From contig CAWKNV010000005.1 of the NCBI GenBank assembly GCA_963851155.1, positions 466,136 to 530,135 of the forward strand: DNA of 64,000 bases. The letters are read 5' to 3'. The notes beneath the pieces were generated by a model. That model had not been told where the DNA came from, ran no database searches, and was given only the letters and a program-made list of their open reading frames with translations. Positions within the stretch are counted from its first letter, which is position 1, and each line of letters starts with the position of its first letter. The position numbers and the translations under genes are program-made. This DNA comes from an uncultured Acidobacteriaceae bacterium (GTDB taxonomy: Bacteria; Acidobacteriota; Terriglobia; Terriglobales; Acidobacteriaceae). Shown one piece after another: positions 25,626-36,104 of the stretch.

Positions 25626-26147
25626 GTGATGCCGCGCTTCGTGGAGCCGCGCATGACGTTCGACATCCAGGAGATCCTGGAGTTTCTTCCGCACCGCTAC
25701 CCTTTTTTGCTGATCGACAGGATCACGGAGTTCGAGCCGAAGAAGCGGCTGGTTGCGATCAAGAATGTGACCATCAACGAGCCGTTTTTCCAGGGACATT
25801 TTCCGGGATATCCCATCATGCCGGGCGTGCTGGTGGTGGAGGCGATGGCGCAGGCGGGCGGCATCATCATGCTGCACGAGATCGAGGATCGGGCGTCGAA
25901 GCTGGTGGTGTTTACGGGGATTGAGCGGGCGAAGTTTCGCCGGCCGGTGACGCCGGGCGACCAGTTGCGGATCGAAGTGGACGTGCTGTCATTCCGGACG
26001 CGGGCGGGGAAGATCCATGGACGCGCGATGGTGGAGGGAAAGCTGGCGTGCGAGGCGACGCTGACGTGCGCGGTGGTGACGCGCGAGCGTGAACGGAAGG
26101 CGCACGGAGACAGCCCCGACAAGGCGGTGTCGCCGGAGGCCGAGTGA
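25626..26147 (+). CDS. fabZ: 3-hydroxyacyl-ACP dehydratase FabZ
   Basis: LPHRYPFLLIDR, FFQGHFP, MPGVLVVEAMAQ. Confidence 0.97.
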   Translation: MMPRFVEPRMTFDIQEILEFLPHRYPFLLIDRITEFEPKKRLVAIKNVTINEPFFQGHFPGYPIMPGVLVVEAMAQAGGIIMLHEIEDRASKLVVFTGIERAKFRRPVTPGDQLRIEVDVLSFRTRAGKIHGRAMVEGKLACEATLTCAVVTRERERKAHGDSPDKAVSPEAE

Positions 26148-26914
26148 GTATCCATCCCAGCGCAATGGTGGCCGAAGGGGCGGTGGTTCCCGACTCGTGC
26201 GAGGTGGGGCCGTTTTCGACGATCGGTCCGGATGTGGTGCTGGGCGAGAACTGCCGGCTGATTTCGCACGTGGTGCTGGATGGGCGGACCCAGATTGGAG
26301 CGCGGAATGTGTTCCATCCCTTCTGCGCGGTGGGCGTATCGCCGCAGGATTTGAAGTATGGCGGGGAGCCGACGCACACCGAGATCGGCGATGACAATAC
26401 GATTCGCGAGGGCGTGACCATCAGTCGCGGGACAGCGAAGGGCGGAGGCATCACGCGGTTGGGCTCGAAGAACCTGCTGATGACGGCGGTACACATCGGG
26501 CACGACTGCATCGTGGGTAACGGCTGCATCCTGGCGAATGCGGCGACGCTGGCAGGCCATGTGATCATCGAGGATTTCGCGACAGTGGGAGCATTCAGCC
26601 CGGTGCACCAGTTCTGCACGGTAGGCAAGTATTCGTTTATCGGCGGCGGGACGATTGTGACGCAGGATGTGCTGCCGTTCTCGAAGACGTCGGCGCGGCG
26701 GGAGAACAAGGCTTTCGGCGTGAATAGCATTGGGCTGGAGCGGAGAGGATTCAGCCCGGAGCGGATCAGGGCGCTGCAGAAGGCCTTCCGGCTGCTGCTG
26801 GTGTCGAAGCTGAACACGACGCAGGCTCTGGAGAAGATTCGCGGGTTGGAGGGTGAGGACGTGGCGCTGCTGGTGAAGTTTATCGAACGCAGCGAGCGCG
26901 GGGTTATCAAGTAG
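26144..26914 (+). CDS. lpxA: UDP-N-acetylglucosamine O-acyltransferase LpxA
   Basis: Hexapeptide repeats, PQDLKY, HIGHDC, LAGHV, HQF; directly follows fabZ. Confidence 0.96.
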   Translation: MSIHPSAMVAEGAVVPDSCEVGPFSTIGPDVVLGENCRLISHVVLDGRTQIGARNVFHPFCAVGVSPQDLKYGGEPTHTEIGDDNTIREGVTISRGTAKGGGITRLGSKNLLMTAVHIGHDCIVGNGCILANAATLAGHVIIEDFATVGAFSPVHQFCTVGKYSFIGGGTIVTQDVLPFSKTSARRENKAFGVNSIGLERRGFSPERIRALQKAFRLLLVSKLNTTQALEKIRGLEGEDVALLVKFIERSERGVIK

Positions 26915-26937
26915 CGCAGAACCAGGAAAGGTAGCCT

Positions 26938-27183
26938 ATGCAGAGAAAAGAAGCCGTGCGTCTCGTGAACCGCGCCTTATCTTTCATCTGTTTGGTTTGC
27001 GCGCTTTACGAGACAACCTGCCTTCCTGAGCGCTTGTTGTCTTACCTGCATTACTCACATGAATTGCGCAGCACAGTTGGATTCTTGCTCCTCCGCACTG
27101 CGATTTATCTGGCTCTTGCCGGGGCCTTCTGGAAATGTACACCTTGGGTTGAACGGACTCATCTCCCTGGGCGTGAGTCATGA
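26938..27183 (+). CDS. Small 2-TM hypothetical protein between lpxA and lpxI
   Basis: 81-aa ORF with two hydrophobic helices. Its stop overlaps the lpxI start (ATGA). Confidence 0.5.
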   Translation: MQRKEAVRLVNRALSFICLVCALYETTCLPERLLSYLHYSHELRSTVGFLLLRTAIYLALAGAFWKCTPWVERTHLPGRES

Positions 27184-28060
27184 AGCTCGGCCTGATTGCG
27201 GGAAATGGGCGGTTTCCGTTTTTGCTGCTGGATGCTGCGCGGGCGCAGGGGTTCGCGTGACGGTGGCGGCGATTCGCGAGGAGACGGATCCGGAGATCAA
27301 TCATCGCGCTGCGGTGGACGAGAAGATTACGGTGCATTGGCTTTCCCTCGGGGAGCTATCGCGGCTGATCGAGGTGTTTCACAAGGAAGACGTAAAGGCC
27401 GCCATAATGGCGGGTCAGGTGAAGCACAAGCAGATATTCAGCAGCATCCGGCCGGACTGGCGGCTGGCGAAGCTGCTCCTGAATCTGCGCACGCGCAATA
27501 CCGACATGTTGCTGGGGGCGGTGGCGAAGGTGCTGGCCGATGAGGGTATCGAACTGATGAGCTCGACGCAGTTTCTGGAGCCATTGCTTGCCGAGCAAGG
27601 CGTTCTGACCGAGGCTGCGGGGGGGCGCGCGCCGACTGAGGACGAGCGGAAGAACATCGAGTACGGGCTGGGCGTGGCGCGGGCGCTCGCGGGGTTCGAC
27701 ATTGGGCAGACGGTGGTGGTGGCGGCGCAGGCGTGCGTGGCCGTGGAGGCGATGGAGGGCACGGACGCGACGATTGAGCGAGCCGGGGTACTGATGAAGT
27801 CTCTCGAACAAGACGATCTAGCGCAAGCCTCCACGCTTGAGCGGCAGTTGACCGTCGTAAAGGTCGCGAAACCGAACCAGGATATGCGGTTTGACGTTCC
27901 GGTGATCGGGATGAAGACGATCGAGACGATGGTGCAGGCGGGCGCGAACTGTTTGTCCGTTGAGGCGGGGCGGACGCTGCTGTTCGATCGCGAGGCGTTG
28001 CTGAAGCGCGCTGCGGAGGCGGGGATTGCGGTCGTGGCTACGCCACGACAAGGGACCTAG
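27180..28060 (+). CDS. lpxI: UDP-2,3-diacylglucosamine pyrophosphatase LpxI (frameshift near 27250)
   Basis: MKLGLIAGNGRFP, DIGQTVVV, AVEAMEGTD, QDMRFDVPVIG. Confidence 0.9.
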
Positions 28061-28119
28061 GGACCTAGGGACAGAGGGAACGATGGACCAAGGGACGAAG
28101 GGCTACGGACTAGGGAACC
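28051..28119 (+). repeat. Degenerate 8-nt tandem repeat (AGGGACNN)
   Basis: agggacct-agggacct-agggacag-agggaacg-atggacca-agggacga... Confidence 0.7.
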
Positions 28120-28287
28120 ACAAGCCCGGGCGCAACCGGCGGACGTTTCGGTGACAATTTGGTTGGGGGGCTGGAACTATACTGGCGGGAGCGTGGCGTC
28201 CACTTGTTCTCTGCCACGTCTTATGAATGCCGGTGTGTGGGCCCGGAGTCGATTTGATCCCCGTTTTGATCGAACAGGAGGTTACAG

Positions 28288-28830
28288 ATGAAGAAGATGA
28301 TTCTGAGTGTGGTTGCGGCGGTGGTTGTGCTTGGCTTGCCGCTGATGACTGTGCATGCGGCCGACGATGCGATGCCTGCGGCCGGACAGAAGGCCCCAAC
28401 GTTTACGCTGCCTTCGCAGGACGGCACGCCGGTTTCGCTGAAGACGTATCACGGCAAGTGGGTGGTGCTCTACTTCTACCCGAAGGACATGACGCAGGGC
28501 TGCACCATCGAGGCACATAATTTCCAGCGCGATTTGCCGAAGTTCGAGGCGGAGAATGCGGTTATTCTGGGCGTGAGTGTGGACACGGTTGACAGTCACA
28601 AGCAGTTCTGCACGAAAGATGGACTGACGTTCCATCTGTTGGCCGATCCGAAGCACAAGGTGGTGGACGAGTACGGCTCGCTTGGCAACTATAACGGCAT
28701 GACGATTGCGCAACGGAATACGTTTCTGATCGATCCGCATGGAAAGATCGTGAAGGTGTGGACGAAGGTCAATCCGCAGGTGCATTCGGAAGAAGTGCTG
28801 GCGGCGCTGGCGGAAGCGAAGAAGGGGTAG
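28288..28830 (+). CDS. bcp: Peroxiredoxin (Bcp/PrxQ type) with signal peptide
   Basis: VVLYFYPKDMTQGCTIEA, GVSVD, RNTFLIDP. Confidence 0.88.
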   Translation: MKKMILSVVAAVVVLGLPLMTVHAADDAMPAAGQKAPTFTLPSQDGTPVSLKTYHGKWVVLYFYPKDMTQGCTIEAHNFQRDLPKFEAENAVILGVSVDTVDSHKQFCTKDGLTFHLLADPKHKVVDEYGSLGNYNGMTIAQRNTFLIDPHGKIVKVWTKVNPQVHSEEVLAALAEAKKG

Positions 28831-29002
28831 GGATACCTGTTAGTCCGTCAGCGAACAGCATTCAGTTCACAGCGGGTCAGCTTTGGCCTGCTGTGCTTTG
28901 CGTAGGTCGCCAGCATATCGCTTGAAGATGTTGAGCGGAGGGTACACCGTCCCATCTGCTGGTTCCTCGGACTGGACGCGACACCCAGCCATTCGCTTGA
29001 CC

Positions 29003-29055
29003 GATACCCTCAGGGGCTAAACCCGCGAGCGACTGAAGGCATGCCCTGATACAAA
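29003..29055. repeat. Degenerate REP-like intergenic element
   Basis: CCCTCAGGGGCTAAACCC...GACTGAAGGCATGCCCTGATAC resembles dispersed GGGCTAAAGCCC-type palindromic elements (recognised from memory, not searched). Confidence 0.4.
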
Positions 29056-29119
29056 CCAGATCCGACCTCGACTTTTCCGCGCGTTTAGGCGCCATTCCCA
29101 GCGTCTTGAGTGCGGACGC

Positions 29120-29150
29120 AAAAAAGCCCGGCGGGATGCCGGGCTTTTTT
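29120..29150. terminator. Bidirectional intrinsic terminator
   Basis: AAAAAAGCCCGGC-GGGAT-GCCGGGCTTTTTT between convergent genes. Confidence 0.85.
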
Positions 29151-29179
29151 GCTTGCCTTTTGAAGATTGCGGTTGCCAG

Positions 29180-29755
29180 TTACTTTTTCTTTGCAGTCTT
29201 CTTGGTTGCCTTCTTGACTGACTTCTTCGCTGCCTTCTTTGCAGGAGCTTTCTTCGCTGCTGCCTTCTTGGCGGGCGCCTTTTTTGCTGCTTTCTTAACG
29301 GCCAACTTTTTACCTCGTTTTGTGGTTTTGCCGGCGCGCTTTGGAGCCGCGGACTTCTTCGCAGCTTTTCCGCCCTTGGCGCCAGCGGTTTTCTTGGCGG
29401 ACTTCTTTGCGGCCTTTTTGGCCGGAGCTTTTTTGGCAGCTTTCTTCGCTGCCTTTTTTGAGGTCTTCTTGGCTGCTTTCTTCACCGGGGCCTTTTTGAC
29501 CGGGGCGGCTGCAGTTGCTTTCTTGGCGGGCGCTTTTTGGACGGCCTTTTTCGGAGCCAGCGCCGAAATGGGAATCGCTTCCACGATGATTACGCCCTCT
29601 TCGACAACGCCCTCGTCATCGTCGGATGAGGTAAGCACGGTTGAGGTTTCCACCTCGTCGTCCTCTTCCATCTCATCGTGATCGGCGCTCATCTCTGCCG
29701 GTTCCAAGTCTGGATTGCCGTCATTCATTGCGTACATCTTGATCACTTCGTCCAT
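29180..29755 (-). CDS. Histone H1-like Lys/Ala/Pro-rich protein with acidic N-terminus
   Basis: GGAGG RBS, MDEVIK... with a D/E-rich first ~55 aa, then ~120 aa of KKAPAKKAA repeats. Confidence 0.85.
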   Translation of the reverse strand: MDEVIKMYAMNDGNPDLEPAEMSADHDEMEEDDEVETSTVLTSSDDDEGVVEEGVIIVEAIPISALAPKKAVQKAPAKKATAAAPVKKAPVKKAAKKTSKKAAKKAAKKAPAKKAAKKSAKKTAGAKGGKAAKKSAAPKRAGKTTKRGKKLAVKKAAKKAPAKKAAAKKAPAKKAAKKSVKKATKKTAKKK

Positions 29756-29900
29756 CCGATTGCCTCCAGCGGATTGCCGCTGCCCATATGGGTTTTCGCA
29801 TCTCTGCGTTGCGGAAAAAATCGTCTCCGCATGCGGAGTCATTCTAACAACAACCTCGGATGAAAAGCTATCAAAACAGCGAAGAGAAATGTCCTCGCAA

Positions 29901-31826
29901 TTATTTCTGCGCATGTGAGGATGATTTTGCGTTCGACGAATGTTTCGTGGAACCCGCGCTGTGTTTGTGTTCTGACGATGCGGATGCGGAAGCGTGGGTC
30001 TTGCGGCGGCTGCGGGATGAGGGCGTTTTCGAAGGAGAGTGGGGAGATACCGCTGCGTCTTTGACGAGCGAACCTTCGCTGGCGCTCTCGTGGGTGTGGC
30101 CAGCTTTGCTTTTAGCACGGCGGCCGTGGCCGCTGCTGGCGTGGGCGACGCGCGGTTCGGCAACGTGGAGGCGGCGGCCTGCCGCGATCCTGATTCCGGA
30201 GGTGGGAAGCTTGTTCCAGCGGCGAAGCTGGGTGAGGGAGACTCCGAAGCGGTCGGCGACTGAGACCAGGGTATCGCCGCGGCGGGTGGTGTAGTAGACG
30301 GTGCGCGCCGATGGGGCAGCAGAAGGAGCCACGGGCACTACCAGCGCTTCGACGCCCTCAAGCTTTGAGTTCTCGCTCAACTGGTTCAAATCGGCTAGCT
30401 CGCGGAGAGATACGCGATAAGTATGGGCGACGGATGCGAGCGTGTCCTCGGGCGTGACCTTGTGATAGCGCCAGGAGTTGCGCTTGCTCTCGGGGATGGC
30501 CGCGATCTTCTCCTGGAAAATGGCGGCCGTGCCGGCAGGAAGGTGAAGGTCAAACTCCGTGTCGGGCGGAGTGACGAGGCGCAGCAGGCTGGGGTTGAGT
30601 GCGACTAGTTCGTCGACCGGTGCACCGACAATGTCAGACACTAGACGCAGATCAGCGGAGTAGTTGATGGTGATAGTGTCCGTGACGACGGGCGGGTCGA
30701 GCGTGATGTCATCGAAGCCGTATTGCGTTGGGTGGTTGGCAATGATGATGGCAGCGAGAATCTCGGGGACGTAGTTTTTGGTTTCCGCAGGCAGGTTGTT
30801 GCGCTTGTAAAGTTCCCAGAAATCAGCGTAGCCGGTCTTTTCAACTGCGCGCTGGACGTTGCCTGTGCCCCAGTCGTAGCCGGCCATCGAAAGATACCAG
30901 TCGCCGAGCTGGGAGTAGATGTACTTCATGTAGCGTGCGTAAGCACGGGTGGATTTTTCGGGATCGAAACGCTCGTCGACGTAGCTGTTGCGGGTGAGGC
31001 CGTAGTTGCCGCGGGGCATGAACTGCCACATCCCGCCGGCGCGGGAGCGGGCGTTTACGGCGCGAGGCTGAAAGCCGGATTCAGCAACAGCGAGGTAGAT
31101 GAGGTCCTGGGGAACGCCCTCTTCGCTCATGACGCGCTGAATCATTGACCGGTAGCGGCCGGCCCGCTGGAAGGAGTGAAGCAGCGTGTTGTGGCCCTTC
31201 GTGGTGTTGGCGAAAAAGTTGATATAGGCGGCGACGTAGTCGTTGACGACCAGAGGAAGATCGGACTTGGTGGTAGCTAGTTCGGCGTTTGCCTTGGCCA
31301 CGATGTTGGGATCGACTACAAAAGTGACATCGCTCGCGGCCTCTGCGGGCGTGTCTTCAGTCTTCGGTGTGAAACCGTTGCCCTGTTTGAGCGCTTCCAT
31401 TTCAAGGCCGTTGATCTGGTCTACGATGCGGTCGAATTCATCCTGCAGCGCGGGGGTGGACTTGATGTCGATGCCGCTGGTCAGCATGAGATCGACGGCA
31501 TTGTCGAAGTTGGAACGGGCTTCAGGAAGATTGCCGCGTTTGTAGGCAGCATCCCCGAGAGCGTAAGCCTCCTCGACCTTCAGGATGAGGGCCTCCACGC
31601 GCTGCTGTGACGCAGTTGCCTGCGGCGAAGGCTCGGGCTTGGGAGCCTGTTGTGGCGCCGGAGCAGAGATCGCAGGAGCGAGCGCCCGAGCGTTCGGAGT
31701 TGCAGATGCTGCGGGTTTTGAGGGATCGCATCCTGACAAGGACGCGGCTAGCGTCAGGGCCAGCACTGCGCAACCCAGACTACTCGAGCGATCGAGAATC
31801 ATGTGCAACCGATGACGTTGTAACAA
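29901..31826 (-). CDS. Lytic transglycosylase with LysM domains (MltD-like lipoprotein)
   Basis: Lipobox LSGC, LAVAESG, AGGMWQFMP, DERFDP, ETKNYVP, LysM repeats (GDTLVSVADRFGVS). Confidence 0.9.
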   Translation of the reverse strand: MLQRHRLHMILDRSSSLGCAVLALTLAASLSGCDPSKPAASATPNARALAPAISAPAPQQAPKPEPSPQATASQQRVEALILKVEEAYALGDAAYKRGNLPEARSNFDNAVDLMLTSGIDIKSTPALQDEFDRIVDQINGLEMEALKQGNGFTPKTEDTPAEAASDVTFVVDPNIVAKANAELATTKSDLPLVVNDYVAAYINFFANTTKGHNTLLHSFQRAGRYRSMIQRVMSEEGVPQDLIYLAVAESGFQPRAVNARSRAGGMWQFMPRGNYGLTRNSYVDERFDPEKSTRAYARYMKYIYSQLGDWYLSMAGYDWGTGNVQRAVEKTGYADFWELYKRNNLPAETKNYVPEILAAIIIANHPTQYGFDDITLDPPVVTDTITINYSADLRLVSDIVGAPVDELVALNPSLLRLVTPPDTEFDLHLPAGTAAIFQEKIAAIPESKRNSWRYHKVTPEDTLASVAHTYRVSLRELADLNQLSENSKLEGVEALVVPVAPSAAPSARTVYYTTRRGDTLVSVADRFGVSLTQLRRWNKLPTSGIRIAAGRRLHVAEPRVAHASSGHGRRAKSKAGHTHESASEGSLVKDAAVSPHSPSKTPSSRSRRKTHASASASSEHKHSAGSTKHSSNAKSSSHAQK

Positions 31827-31925
31827 CCCTACCCCAGAGCGCGGAAGGCACTATGCCGATGATAAGCTATGACCAAGAGATATCGCTGACTTTAGTACCT
31901 CTTCGCCAACGATTACCTACCCCTG

Positions 31926-33737
<1,812 letters not shown>

Positions 33738-34052
33738 CTCCAGAATGGTGACTTGGCTCACATCGGAGTCATCAATCATTCATGTGGAATTGTGGAAAGC
33801 TCTGTGCAGGCGCGGTGCGGGGCCGAAGATACTGATGGCGACGGCTTGGCGTGAAAAGTCCGTGCTTGTGATAGATAAATAAGGAGCTTCCTAGGTTTAT
33901 CAGAGCGAGTGGCGGTTGGCAAGTGGGAAAAATCGCCAGTATTTATGGATTGAGCGGCTCGAAATCCACATTTTTTTCCACAGATGGCCCAACGGCATTT
34001 CTGAGTATCAGGGCGACGGAGAATTTGTGCGGATTCAGGTCGAATTGAAGGA

Positions 34053-34083
34053 GAAAAGGGCCCCGAGATCCGGGGCCTCTTTT
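34053..34083. terminator. Bidirectional terminator between lepA and skp
   Basis: AAAAGGGCCCCG...CGGGGCCTCTTTT. Confidence 0.75.
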
Positions 34084-34101
34084 GTTGATTCAATGATGAG
34101 G

Positions 34102-34779
34102 TCATTGCGCGCTCGACGAGCGCTTAATGAGGCGTGTTGGTCTTTGGTGCTGCCGGTTGGGAGCCGACGGAAGGGGAGCTGAACCTGCCGCAGACGGCGG
34201 AGGAGCGGGAACGCCCGACTTCACGTTATAAGCTTCGATAATCGCCTTGGTGATGTTGGTGGATTCGGTGGCATAGAGCACCGGGCTTTGCTGCTGAGCG
34301 ACGTCGAGGACCAGAGTGTATCCGTGCTGCTTGGCGTAGTCGTTCAGCACGTCGTACACCTTCGAGGCGAGAGAGCTGTAGAGCTCCTGCATCTCGTTTT
34401 GCATGTCGTTTTGGTCGTCTTCGGCATTACGCTGAAGCTGCTTTTTCTTGTCGTCGATGGTTTTGGCCCGCGCAGCGCGCTCGTCTTCGCTGAGCTTGTC
34501 GCCCTGCGCCTGGAGCTGCTTGGTAAGCGTCTCGATCTCGTCGTTCAGGGATTTGAGTTGTGCCTGCTTGGGCTGGTACTTCTTCTGCAGGTCGGCAAAA
34601 CTGCGCTGGCCTTCGTTGGTCTGCGCGACGGCGACCTGGAACGCGATGACAGCGATTTTGGCCGGGCCGGCAGGAGCAGTAGCGGCAGTGCCGGTGGCGG
34701 GTGCGGACGATGTTTGGGCGGTGGCGCTGAGGGCAAGGCCTGAGGCCAGCATGAGAACTAATGCAACAGAGTGCTTCAT
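34102..34779 (-). CDS. skp: OmpH/Skp periplasmic chaperone, copy 2
   Basis: MKHSVALVL signal, KIAVIAFQ, coiled coil, GYTLVLD, NITKAII. Confidence 0.9.
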   Translation of the reverse strand: MKHSVALVLMLASGLALSATAQTSSAPATGTAATAPAGPAKIAVIAFQVAVAQTNEGQRSFADLQKKYQPKQAQLKSLNDEIETLTKQLQAQGDKLSEDERAARAKTIDDKKKQLQRNAEDDQNDMQNEMQELYSSLASKVYDVLNDYAKQHGYTLVLDVAQQQSPVLYATESTNITKAIIEAYNVKSGVPAPPPSAAGSAPLPSAPNRQHQRPTRLIKRSSSAQ

Positions 34780-34963
34780 TCGGCTTGAAAACTCCTTAGA
34801 AATTCCTGGGGCTGCCCGCGCATTCGAATTTTGAAGGCGAACCAATGCCCTCGCTGCGCGCACCCTAAGAGAACCTCGCGACAAATTCTCTCGAAGGACT
34901 TCCATTAGACGCTTGGAAGGACGAGAAAAGAAGCGAACGGAAACATCAGCAGGAACTAGAAGG

Positions 34964-34992
34964 ATTATAGGGGTGCGGGGGAGGGGGGTCAA
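34964..34992 (-). promoter_or_regulatory. Sigma70 promoter of skp copy 2
   Basis: TTGACC-17 nt-TATAAT on the minus strand. Confidence 0.8.
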
Positions 34993-35005
34993 ACGGACAG
35001 CGGAG

Positions 35006-35062
35006 CAGGGAACAGGGAAGAGGGAACAGGGAACAGGGAACGAGGGAACAGGGACATAGGGA
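35006..35062 (+). repeat. 7-nt tandem repeat (CAGGGAA)n
   Basis: cagggaa-cagggaa-gagggaa-cagggaa-cagggaa-cgagggaa-cagggac. Confidence 0.8.
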
Positions 35063-35141
35063 TGGAGTGGGGCAGGTGCGCGGGAAAACGGGAAGGCCTC
35101 GCGTGATAGCGAGGCCTTCGGCTGAAGGGGGTGATTGCTGG

Positions 35142-35801
35142 CTAGTGGCCGGCGGGTGCCTTGGGGGTTGCAGTCTTTGCGGGTGCGGTGGCAGCACCGT
35201 GGGTGGCAGCGGGGGCCGCGGTATGCTCGGGCGCCGGAATGCCGGACTTGACATTGTAGGCTTCGACAACTGCCTTGGTGATGTCAACGGCAGGGTTGGC
35301 GTAGATCACTACGGGGAGTTGCTGGTTTCCGCCGTCGAGCACAACGCTGTACCCGTGTTCCTTGGCGTAGGCATCGAGGCTCTCTGCGACTTTGGAGGCC
35401 ACGGCGCCAAAGGTCTGCTGCATATCCTGCTGATAGTCGGTCTGCGCGTCTTCTCCAGCTCGCTTCAGATCTTTCTGCTTGTCATCGAGGAGCTTGGCCT
35501 TGGTGGCGCGGTCTGCATCGCTCAGGGTTGCAGACTGGGCCTGCAGCTCTTTCTGTAGCGAAGTGATCTGATCGTTCAGGGTCTTGAGTTCCTGACGCTT
35601 TGGCTCATATTTTTTTTGCAGGTCAGCGAAGCGGCGCTGGAAGTCGTTTGTCCCTGCGACAGCTTCCTGGAAGCCGATGACGGCAATCTTGGCCGGTCCC
35701 GCGGGTGCGGTTGGTGTGGCAGCGGTGGCGGGCGGCTGAGCTGCGGCACTCATGGCAAAGCAAGAGGCCAGCGCGGCTACGGTCACAAAGGTGTATTTCA
35801 T
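35142..35801 (-). CDS. skp: OmpH/Skp periplasmic chaperone, copy 1
   Basis: MKYTFVTV signal, KIAVIGFQ, GYSVVLD, DITKAVV; downstream of bamA. Confidence 0.9.
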   Translation of the reverse strand: MKYTFVTVAALASCFAMSAAAQPPATAATPTAPAGPAKIAVIGFQEAVAGTNDFQRRFADLQKKYEPKRQELKTLNDQITSLQKELQAQSATLSDADRATKAKLLDDKQKDLKRAGEDAQTDYQQDMQQTFGAVASKVAESLDAYAKEHGYSVVLDGGNQQLPVVIYANPAVDITKAVVEAYNVKSGIPAPEHTAAPAATHGAATAPAKTATPKAPAGH

Positions 35802-35974
35802 GTGTTTTCGATTACTCCTTGAAATCCCTGGAAGGCAGCCTGCAGCCAGTCCGGCGCATTGGCGAGCCTGTGCCTCCTGAGCAACCTTCATTCGTCTTTT
35901 TCGTTGGGAGCTCCGCGACGGTTGAGGCAGAGGCAAAAAGACGCGGACGGAGACGTCAGCAGGAACTAAAGAGG

Positions 35975-36003
35975 ATTATATGGGGGGCGGGAGAGGGGGT
36001 CAA
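35975..36003 (-). promoter_or_regulatory. Sigma70 promoter of skp copy 1
   Basis: TTGACC-17 nt-TATAAT on the minus strand. Confidence 0.8.
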
Positions 36004-36104
36004 CGGCAGAGGCGCAGGGATCGATGAAACAAAGGACGGGGAGTACAAGGCAAAGAAGGCCGCTTGAAAAGTGGCCTTCGGATGGAGTTGATTTTCAGCT
36101 ACAG

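Noticed and set aside
29106-29681. 191-aa Phe/Ala-rich + strand ORF as a membrane protein
   Set aside because: It is the antisense shadow of the Lys/Ala-rich histone-like gene.
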